Part shown: piece after piece, positions 1 to 8,026 of the stretch
How positions within the stretch are numbered: the first letter of the stretch is position 1
Layout: every line of letters starts with the position of its first letter
From: Bacteriovoracaceae bacterium
Lineage (GTDB): Bacteria > Bdellovibrionota > Bacteriovoracia > Bacteriovoracales > Bacteriovoracaceae
Length of the DNA stretch: 64,000 bases
Assembly (NCBI GenBank): GCA_040399925.1
Contig: JBBARF010000002.1
Span: 3,213-67,212 of the forward strand
Direction of reading: 5' to 3'
Notes under the pieces: model-generated
The model's input: only the letters and a program-made list of their open reading frames with translations
Told to the model about the DNA's origin: nothing
The model's database searches: none
Translations under genes and position numbers: made by a program

Positions 1-2
1 GG

Positions 3-140
3 AAATCTAATATTTCAACAACCGGTCGCTATTCAGCCTCGATTCGAGAAGTCTCTGCTGACGGGATTATGCTTGGTGTTCAAACCTCTGACATGACCAG
101 TGGTACACGTTGCGGTATTCTTATTAACCAGGAAAATTAA
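3..140 (+). CDS. 3' end of an upstream gene (partial), C-terminus ...GVQTSDMTSGTRCGILINQEN*
   Basis: Frame 3 is open from the window edge to TAA at 138-140, which is followed 1 nt later by the ATG of the next gene (operon-like spacing). Confidence 0.6.
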   Translation, partial: KSNISTTGRYSASIREVSADGIMLGVQTSDMTSGTRCGILINQEN

Positions 141-141
141 G

Positions 142-3100
142 ATGAAGCATCACTTCCTGATTTATTTTTTCCTTCTGATTCTAGGTGCATGTAATACACC
201 AGGGACATCGGTTAAGGTGACATCTGGAGGAATCACGACGGATGCTCTTTACGCTCTTGATGGAAACAATGTAGATGGCAAGTTAGTTGACTTAGGTGAA
301 TATCTTTTGACAAGTGATCCGCGCGTGCTCACTATCAGCGTTTATAATAGTACTGCGAAAAGTTATACGGAACTTGATCTTAAAATCACTACCGAAGCCG
401 ATAAAGCTCCCTCGATTACTTTTGCTCCTACTAGTGATGGTGCCATTAATTACCCTGGTCAGGGTGGAACTTGTGGGAAAGAGCTGGGTGCAAATTCTGG
501 TTGCCTCATCAAGCTTTTGCTCACCCCAAGAGAAGGTCGCCGTTACCTCGAGACATTAACACTTAGTTTTAAAAACTTTATTGAAGTCGAAACTCATACT
601 GCCCAAGTTAAGTTTATTGCAGGGACTGCAGCATCGCTAGTTTTTACCAATGATAAAACTCAATACACTTTTGGGGCGCTTGTAGGAAGTGCCCAGACAC
701 CTGTTGTTGAGCGAGCGGAGAAACCAACTTTTAATGAAGAACTAGAGATCGTGAATGCTGGTGGATTACCAGCAAAAGATATTGTCGTCACTCTCGCAGA
801 AGTCTGTCTCTCAGCGATAAGTAATGACTGCCCAACAGGAATGATAGGGGCCTATTCATTTGAAAATAACTGCCCCGCTGTTCTTGAACCAGGCGACAAG
901 TGTAAAGTCATGATTCGTTACACGCCAAAAAACCAGGATATCGCAGGTGATCCTCTTAGATCGGAAATAGCAGAGATTAATTACCGCGCAACTTTAAATT
1001 TAGCCTTTAAAAAAGATCCCATGAACTCAAGCGGAGGCCTTAACGGTTATTTCCGTTCTGTCTCAACAACCATTGAAGCGCGTTTTAAAGTTTCTCAAGC
1101 GACGGTGAGTTTTGAAGCTCCAGTTATTTCAGGTAACCGAGACGTCCGCACCATGAGGATCAGCAACGTTGGTTACCAAGAAGGTGAGATCAAGGCAATT
1201 GCTGTGAGGGATAGTGGGGGAGTTCTCATGGGAACTTGTAGCGCTAGAGCGGGATTTGATTATCTTGTTTGCGTTGATCCTTCAAATACTCCTCTCTCTC
1301 TGGCGAGTTTCCCTTTTACAATAAAAGATAAAGATTCCTGTGTTGCTGTTTCGCCTCTGGTTGGAAAACTTGTTCCGGTTGGGTCAGGTTGCCTTATTGA
1401 TGTCACCTTTCAGCCCTCGGTAACCTATATCCGCGACTATGATACTGATTTTTTAAACTTACAGCCTGAAGTCATTTTTGATTCTCGCTGGCAGGGCACA
1501 ACTAAAATTGTCACGACAAAACTTTTTAATCTTTCGGCAAAAGCTAGAGCTGCGGCCAGAATAAGTGTAACAAGCGTGCTCCTAGATGGAACCAAATATC
1601 CAATCACAGCGGGAGTGAACCCGACTGCAGATTTAGGTCGACTTGCTCTTCAGTCTCCTCTCTATTTTAAAAGGGCCCCATTTGTTGTTACTTTCACCAA
1701 TAATGGTAGCATCTCGGCGACTAACATTTCTCTTCGAGATGGCTTGAATCGTACAATTCCGATTGGTGGCGCCGGAGCGAATCTAGGAGCAATGGCCCCA
1801 TTTTATTTTTCTGGAGCAGTGGCCAGTGATAGCTTCTGTACCGTGATTCCCCCTGCTGGATCATGCACAATCGTTACGAATTTTGCTCCCATCGGAATGG
1901 CCACAGGTGCACAAGAAGATGCAAATATGTTTGATGGCATTGGGCTTGACCTTAGACCCTATAAATCTTTTGAGCTCCTCTATGATAGTGGAGCCGCCTA
2001 TACTGATATTAATCGTGATAACAATATTCCAGATTATCCTCGCAGCTCTGCCAATGTGAGAGTCAATACACTTCTTGCCCGAAAGGGTCTGTTGATGAGA
2101 CTCAGTGATGATACTAGAAACGTTAATTCTTTCGGCGGAACCATTAATGCCGTAGGTGGCACTTTTATATCGAATATCTTTTTAACCAACATTGGAACAG
2201 GAACGATTCCTTATATCCGTTTACAGAATCCTCCGGTACCGACCGCCCCATCATTTCATTTTAATACCAATCTCATTCCGACTACAAACCCTGCTTCTCT
2301 TGGTGCAGACTATGATTGCTTGAGTATCACTGACCAAGATTTTACCTACGCAACACCTGCTGGTGCAGATCCATCAGTAAGAGCTGGAATGTTCGCAGGT
2401 CTCCCTAAAGACAAGTCTTGCGTCTATACCATCGAAATGAAAACTGCTGATAGGTTCCGCTTCGTTAATCCTACTTCGTGTACAAGTCTACTTCCTACCG
2501 ACTCAAATGAAGAAGAGGCAACAAGGCTTTTTAGCCGTTCGCTAGATTCCTCTGGAGGTACAAGTCTTTGGGAGTTTTGTAGTAATAATGCAGTAGCGAT
2601 TCTTTGGTCAAACATTGGCGTGACTTACTATGATGGCGATAATGAAGATCTTCTCGCAAGACCTTTTGGAAGAAGATTTAACTTACCTAATTACACTCAC
2701 TCCGTTAACCAGAGAGATGTTGCAAAACTCAGTCTCCATTCCTTTTTTCCACCTCTAACCTCGACCATGTATCGACCTGGTTTTACCTACCCGGCAATAT
2801 CAGGGACTCAAGTGGCAAGAATTATTCCAGAGATGTGGTTCTATGGACTTGGAAAGAATTTTAACTATCTTGCCAATGATCCCCTGCAAGTTTCTCCCTT
2901 TGTGAGAGGTAATGGCTCGAGGAACTTTGTTCCTACTCTTTCAGGGTTTGCTGATCGGGCCAACTATGACTTTATTCTTTATGTCGGAAGTTTTCCTCAA
3001 GGGTCTCCGGCGTTTGATCTTCCCATTGGCCTGGGAAACTTTGGAGAGCATCCGGCGAAAGTTCTGAGCTACACCAACACTCCAGATCCTAGTTTCACAG

Positions 3101-5391
3101 TACTTACTTCGCCTGAAACTTTCCCCGTCACGGTTCCAAGTAATTCTAATCTTTTGCCACTAACTTACAGATTTAATCCTTCCATCGCTGGAGAGCACCG
3201 GATGGAGATTGATCTGTCCTATGAAAATGGAAGACACTTAGTTCCTCTCATTTATAAATCTAGTAATGTCCCTTCGAATCTCGCAACAGCTACAAAAGAA
3301 GTGATGGACCTAAAAATTTTGGTTCTTGCTCACGTTCAGCAAGCCGGTACCCATCCACTGCTCACGATGAATGTGAGTGACTATGATGTGATTCAAAATG
3401 AATCTGGACCACCAACAGTTACTCTCGGCGATGCTTATCCCTCTTCACTTACATGGAATAGCAGTCCTCCCACCTCAAATCTTATTTTCGATACGATTAA
3501 ATTAACCGCTGCACCAACAGTAAATGATGCTTATGCTAAAAAGAAAATCGTCTTCAGCAATAATACCGCATTTCCACTTTTAGATCTGAGGAATATTTTT
3601 AGAGTCGATGCCTCGGCTTCGGCTTCTAGAACTGTTCCTTCAAGCTTTACATCCTCACTGGCGCAAGTTCCAATGGGTGAGACGCCTTGTACATCAGGAA
3701 TGACCCTAAATCCTTTTTCAAGTTGTACTCTCATTCTTATTTATCAGCCAACGGCTGCTGATTCGACGGAATCGTTTGTGTTGACCTCCATTTATAATAT
3801 GGGATCTATTGGAGGCCAGTACGTCATGCAAAATGTGGGTGTAAACCTACTACCTCGATCACCGGGCTTTGTCGTCGCCTCTGGACGAACGCTGGAGACT
3901 ATCAACTACAATGTTTCCCAAGGAAGTACAACCGTCCCTCGCTCATCATATGCGATGAATTTTGGTACTGTGAGTATGTCGACAATGCCTTTGAAATTTA
4001 ATTTTCAAGAACCAACTGGCCTCTATCAGAGATTAATTTTACGAAATACCCAAGCGACTAAGGCGTCGCTGCTGCTTGCCTATCAGAAAAATGTCACAAG
4101 ATATTCTTTGCGAGGGTATTCTCCAGGATCACCAGCTCCCACCAGTTTGATTCCATCTGCTGGAGAATATCGGAACTACGGAGGCCTTGACTACGCTGTC
4201 ATTTACTCCACCAAGTATGGCAATGGTGATAAAAAAGTCACGATGGAAGCCTCAAAGGGCTGTTTTTTTGGTGATGACGAAACGAATAATGCGATACCTG
4301 CCCATCAAAAGGGATTCAGTTCTACAACTATTACACCTTGCAATGTGCTTACATACTTCAGTGCTAATTTTGACTTCCTTCATAGAACCCTCTCCATTTC
4401 GAACGGCAACGACATGAGGGAGACTGCGGCTGAGCTCTGGTACTTCTCTGTGAACCGAAGTTCTACTTCTTCATTATGGGTCCATATGAAAGGGGTTATT
4501 ACTCCTGATCCATCAATTGCGAGTGGATCAGTAGGATCAGTTGCGGCTTTAGATAACCGAACTGTAAACTTTAGTACGCAAAAAATGACACCTACCAATT
4601 CAGATCTAGGTGATATCGTCGGATTAAGAATCATGTTTTCAAATTCAGCTGTAGGTCTTAATAACCCGTATAGCACAGCCATTACGAGCTATGTTGATAT
4701 TAGGCCTTATGTCGCAACATCCACTCAGTTTGCAAATATTACGACCGGTCTAGCTAATGGTCAGTATTTTTATTTTAGGATTGTTGCAATCCGAAGGGAT
4801 ACTCGATTTGTTGATGGAACACCTAAGCGGTTCCTAGGTATGAATCTTAATGAATATCTTTCAGCGGCAAATAATAATGCAACTCCAGTTAGCATTCTGG
4901 TACCACCAATCAACTTCCATTATTTCCACACCCAGAAGCTCCTTGTAGAAAAGAGTCTCACAGGCGGGATTGCTTACGACCCATTCATGACTTCCTCAAA
5001 CAGGTGCTCGCTACGAACGCAGCTCACACTTAAGAATCCTGGAAATATCAACCGCCCTTTTCAGTTGATTAACTCAGCTGCTTGGTCTCTACTGCTCAGC
5101 ACTCCAAGTGCTAATTCTTATGCAAACATGACCCAGATTCCCCATTGGATGGGAGATGCGGCTACTAACATTGATCTCTTATTTGGGAGTATGCCAGGTT
5201 TCATTCCAGGTACCTCATCCCAAATACTCCCTGGTAGCTCGGCTTTCTATATTAGAGACAGTGCTATTCCCAATGCTAATGTACGTATAGCACGTGGTGG
5301 AGTTCCAGGAACGACCTACGCTAACTATACTTCGCTCATTCATAGTACTATCATATATGGTTCTGCACGTTGCATGGTTTTATTACCTTAG
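142..5391 (+). CDS. Giant surface lipoprotein/adhesin with tandem ASH/choice-of-anchor-D-like Ig domains, an FN3-like domain and a C-terminal Cys-containing tip domain
   Basis: ATG142 (AGGA upstream) gives MKHHFLIYFFLLILGA-C, a lipobox. Repeats of a [LF]xNxG ... CxnCxIxxx[FY]xP motif occur about 7-8 times; TGLANGQYFYFRIVA is FN3-like. The track's GTG100 start overlaps the upstream gene and is unlikely. Confidence 0.75.
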   Translation: MKHHFLIYFFLLILGACNTPGTSVKVTSGGITTDALYALDGNNVDGKLVDLGEYLLTSDPRVLTISVYNSTAKSYTELDLKITTEADKAPSITFAPTSDGAINYPGQGGTCGKELGANSGCLIKLLLTPREGRRYLETLTLSFKNFIEVETHTAQVKFIAGTAASLVFTNDKTQYTFGALVGSAQTPVVERAEKPTFNEELEIVNAGGLPAKDIVVTLAEVCLSAISNDCPTGMIGAYSFENNCPAVLEPGDKCKVMIRYTPKNQDIAGDPLRSEIAEINYRATLNLAFKKDPMNSSGGLNGYFRSVSTTIEARFKVSQATVSFEAPVISGNRDVRTMRISNVGYQEGEIKAIAVRDSGGVLMGTCSARAGFDYLVCVDPSNTPLSLASFPFTIKDKDSCVAVSPLVGKLVPVGSGCLIDVTFQPSVTYIRDYDTDFLNLQPEVIFDSRWQGTTKIVTTKLFNLSAKARAAARISVTSVLLDGTKYPITAGVNPTADLGRLALQSPLYFKRAPFVVTFTNNGSISATNISLRDGLNRTIPIGGAGANLGAMAPFYFSGAVASDSFCTVIPPAGSCTIVTNFAPIGMATGAQEDANMFDGIGLDLRPYKSFELLYDSGAAYTDINRDNNIPDYPRSSANVRVNTLLARKGLLMRLSDDTRNVNSFGGTINAVGGTFISNIFLTNIGTGTIPYIRLQNPPVPTAPSFHFNTNLIPTTNPASLGADYDCLSITDQDFTYATPAGADPSVRAGMFAGLPKDKSCVYTIEMKTADRFRFVNPTSCTSLLPTDSNEEEATRLFSRSLDSSGGTSLWEFCSNNAVAILWSNIGVTYYDGDNEDLLARPFGRRFNLPNYTHSVNQRDVAKLSLHSFFPPLTSTMYRPGFTYPAISGTQVARIIPEMWFYGLGKNFNYLANDPLQVSPFVRGNGSRNFVPTLSGFADRANYDFILYVGSFPQGSPAFDLPIGLGNFGEHPAKVLSYTNTPDPSFTVLTSPETFPVTVPSNSNLLPLTYRFNPSIAGEHRMEIDLSYENGRHLVPLIYKSSNVPSNLATATKEVMDLKILVLAHVQQAGTHPLLTMNVSDYDVIQNESGPPTVTLGDAYPSSLTWNSSPPTSNLIFDTIKLTAAPTVNDAYAKKKIVFSNNTAFPLLDLRNIFRVDASASASRTVPSSFTSSLAQVPMGETPCTSGMTLNPFSSCTLILIYQPTAADSTESFVLTSIYNMGSIGGQYVMQNVGVNLLPRSPGFVVASGRTLETINYNVSQGSTTVPRSSYAMNFGTVSMSTMPLKFNFQEPTGLYQRLILRNTQATKASLLLAYQKNVTRYSLRGYSPGSPAPTSLIPSAGEYRNYGGLDYAVIYSTKYGNGDKKVTMEASKGCFFGDDETNNAIPAHQKGFSSTTITPCNVLTYFSANFDFLHRTLSISNGNDMRETAAELWYFSVNRSSTSSLWVHMKGVITPDPSIASGSVGSVAALDNRTVNFSTQKMTPTNSDLGDIVGLRIMFSNSAVGLNNPYSTAITSYVDIRPYVATSTQFANITTGLANGQYFYFRIVAIRRDTRFVDGTPKRFLGMNLNEYLSAANNNATPVSILVPPINFHYFHTQKLLVEKSLTGGIAYDPFMTSSNRCSLRTQLTLKNPGNINRPFQLINSAAWSLLLSTPSANSYANMTQIPHWMGDAATNIDLLFGSMPGFIPGTSSQILPGSSAFYIRDSAIPNANVRIARGGVPGTTYANYTSLIHSTIIYGSARCMVLLP

Positions 5392-5440
5392 AGGTTTTTT
5401 CCTCATTGTATAGAATCTGACTTCAACATAAGATTTTCTT

Positions 5441-6781
5441 ATGTGTAAGCTAGGTTTCAAATTCTCAATTCTCTTATTTTTATTCCTGAATCTTCAGGCC
5501 CATGCCAATGATTCACGGTTAATTTTAGTTAGGAAAATTCAAGGTCTTGAGCAATTATCCGATGCTCTCGGCAGGCAGATGCAAACTTTAACTTTAAAAG
5601 TTGCTTCGCAACAGCCGGGTCACCAGATACTTCTTTCTGGAAGTGATACTCCTGAGTCAACTACTGTGGACATGGTTGCGATGGAAGCAGAAGTAGGTCG
5701 CTCAGAGAATGGATATAAAATTGAAACTCGTCTTCTTGATCTCAGATCCAAAAAGCTTTTAACTAAAGCGTCCTTAGAAAACATTCGAGAAGAAAACCTC
5801 CTCCGCATGTTCCAAGGGGCCCTAGAGTCTTTATTTATTCTAGATGAAAAAAATCCCTCAAAAGTCCCTAAAGTAAAAACTCCTCAGCCGGTAATCAAGA
5901 AAGAGAATCTAAGATCAAAACCGTCGACGACGCAGGTAAATCAAGCCGATCCCCCAACGCTAAAATTTAGAGAACGAGTTTTGCAAATGAAAGCTGATGC
6001 CGATGAGAGTATTCAAAAGATCGTAAATGATAAGCAGAACGCAGCACCGAGCGCCGAAAAGCTCTCTGCTCCTTCAACTCAATCAAGCTCTATGGCCTCT
6101 CCGAACCAAGTTTCGGTCGCAGAGGATCCGGTCAAAAAAGCAGTCATCGAGAAAACGTATGCAAAAAGTTATGGATTAGCTGGGGGTTATGATTCTAGAG
6201 AAATTAAAAGTCAGTATCTCGTTGGAACAACAACCAAAGCTCAGCTGTTAACCTTAAAGGCATCAGCTTTTTTTCCGATGGCGTTCTCAAGCGGGAAGGT
6301 TGGTGGAGATTTTGATATGGCCTATAGCCGGGCGATCTCATCTCCTGTGGTGTTGCCATCAATTTATCAAATAGGAGCTTTTCTCACTTGGAAAGAAGAG
6401 CGCTGGACTCTTTCAACGGGGCTTCAGCAAGATTCATCTTTTTTTGTTAACCTCCCCTCAGCGGGAGAAGGACTTAAGCCACAAACCATTACGGGAACAT
6501 GGCTAAAATTAAAATCATCGTTTCGGTTTTATGCCAAAGGTTATTGGAAAGTGAATTTGGGTTACGGATCACCATTGTTAGCTCAGACGAACTATTCTCC
6601 TCTCAAAAAGGTAACTAAGTGGTCGGGACTTAACGCTGTTCTTTCTGTCGTTCCACCCTGGTCCTATCGTCAATGGCAAGCAAACTTTACGATTGAAAAA
6701 ATTAATCTCAATACATCGGGAGAAACGTCATTTACCTTAAACGAATCACGAACTGGCTTATTTGCTACTCGGCAGCTTTAA
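5441..6781 (+). CDS. Exported protein: N-terminal TolB-N/CsgG-like alpha/beta domain, Pro/Lys/Ser-rich linker, C-terminal outer-membrane beta-barrel
   Basis: Signal peptide ending AHA; motif YKIETRLLDLRSKKLL typical of CsgG/FlgO/TolB-N folds; low-complexity linker; amphipathic aromatic beta-strands in the last 200 aa. Confidence 0.55.
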   Translation: MCKLGFKFSILLFLFLNLQAHANDSRLILVRKIQGLEQLSDALGRQMQTLTLKVASQQPGHQILLSGSDTPESTTVDMVAMEAEVGRSENGYKIETRLLDLRSKKLLTKASLENIREENLLRMFQGALESLFILDEKNPSKVPKVKTPQPVIKKENLRSKPSTTQVNQADPPTLKFRERVLQMKADADESIQKIVNDKQNAAPSAEKLSAPSTQSSSMASPNQVSVAEDPVKKAVIEKTYAKSYGLAGGYDSREIKSQYLVGTTTKAQLLTLKASAFFPMAFSSGKVGGDFDMAYSRAISSPVVLPSIYQIGAFLTWKEERWTLSTGLQQDSSFFVNLPSAGEGLKPQTITGTWLKLKSSFRFYAKGYWKVNLGYGSPLLAQTNYSPLKKVTKWSGLNAVLSVVPPWSYRQWQANFTIEKINLNTSGETSFTLNESRTGLFATRQL

Positions 6782-6810
6782 TATTTTGTAGTCAGGTCTC
6801 AGCTTACGAG

Positions 6811-7368
6811 ATGATTCAGTCAGGACTCAAAAAGTCTGATGAGTTTTCTCTCATGATGGGAATGGCGAATATAAGTTTCACAGAGTCTCAGAGTGCTTTA
6901 AGTGGGCCTAATCAGCAAACTCCTGCCTCAGGATCTGTAGCAAGCATCAGTGGGATGCTCCACTATCGATTCAGAACGGATGGAAATAAGGCCTGGTATG
7001 GCCAGTTTACCTTTCCTCTCATAGCAAGCCAGGGAACCTACTTTTCGAGTGGTGGTGGGCTGGAGTATTACTTTGGCAATTCAAATGCTGCCAAGGTAAT
7101 CCTCCAAGATGCTACGACATCTCTTAGTATTACTCCAGTAACTCGCTATTTTCTTTTATCTGGACTTAACATGGCCTACATTTCTTACCTAACTGATACG
7201 GCAAAGAAAAACGATACCCTTTTAGAAATTGATTTAGGTGGGGGAGTAAGTCGTCGTTTTGAGAAGTGGACTTTAAGGGCCCAGGCAGAAATTGCCCGGG
7301 GGATTGGGATATCGACCACAACTTTAGCAATGAAGGCCATGGTAGGTGGCATTTATTTCCTCGATTAA
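6811..7368 (+). CDS. Small outer-membrane beta-barrel protein (true start probably upstream, near 6730)
   Basis: Alternating hydrophobic beta-strands, Gly/aromatic rich, ends GGIYFLD. The frame is open back to 6706 and encodes a signal-peptide-like stretch there. Confidence 0.6.
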   Translation: MIQSGLKKSDEFSLMMGMANISFTESQSALSGPNQQTPASGSVASISGMLHYRFRTDGNKAWYGQFTFPLIASQGTYFSSGGGLEYYFGNSNAAKVILQDATTSLSITPVTRYFLLSGLNMAYISYLTDTAKKNDTLLEIDLGGGVSRRFEKWTLRAQAEIARGIGISTTTLAMKAMVGGIYFLD

Positions 7369-7420
7369 GAAACCTTTCAAGGAATATGAGTTTTATTGGA
7401 TAATAGTACTGGAGACTATT

Positions 7421-8026
7421 ATGAAACGGCTTTTATTCATTACTTTTATTCTGTCAATCATCTTGAGCGATGTATCAATGGCAGCTAAATTAAACATTAA
7501 AAGTCAGCCAGATGCCGCTGAGATTTTTATTAGCACAAACGGTAAACCTATACGTCTGGGTGTGACTCCTTACGAAGCGAACCTAACTGAGGTTATGAAC
7601 GTATACGTTAAATCAAATAGCTTCGTACTTGAAATTAGAAAATCTGGTCATACTCCTTACCGAGTACTTTTAGCTAAAACGACGGACTCCGATCTGGAAC
7701 TCACGGCCAACCTTGAATTAGACAAGGCCATATCAAATATCAAAGAGCATGATTCACTGATGAACCAACTTTTTGATGTTCAAAAACTTGTGAGAGGTCG
7801 CAACTTCCGTGATGCACTTTCGAAGTTAGATGATCTTGAGAAAAAACATCCAACTCTCTCTATTATTCCTGAAATGAAGGCCACGGCCTACTACATGAAT
7901 AAAGAAGTTGAGAGTGCTCTTAGTTATTACCGTAAAGCCTTTTCATTAAATTCAGACAATCATGATGCCTATAGGATGAAACTTTATCTCGAGAAAAAAC
8001 TCGGGGTAGATTCAGACGTTCAATGA
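7421..8026 (+). CDS. Periplasmic PEGA-domain + TPR protein
   Basis: GGAG at 7411 then ATG7421; signal peptide MKRLLFITFILSIILSDVSMA; PEGA motif KSQPDAAEIFI...GVTP; TPR helices AYYMNKEVESALSYYRKAFSLN. Confidence 0.75.
   Translation: MKRLLFITFILSIILSDVSMAAKLNIKSQPDAAEIFISTNGKPIRLGVTPYEANLTEVMNVYVKSNSFVLEIRKSGHTPYRVLLAKTTDSDLELTANLELDKAISNIKEHDSLMNQLFDVQKLVRGRNFRDALSKLDDLEKKHPTLSIIPEMKATAYYMNKEVESALSYYRKAFSLNSDNHDAYRMKLYLEKKLGVDSDVQ

Noticed and set aside
100-141. GTG start at 100 for the giant ORF
   Set aside because: It overlaps the upstream gene and would bury the lipoprotein signal; ATG142 has an RBS and gives a canonical lipobox.
4900-5391. Lectin-like tip as a diversity-generating retroelement target
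   Set aside because: No reverse transcriptase, Avd or template repeat differing at adenines was seen in the window.
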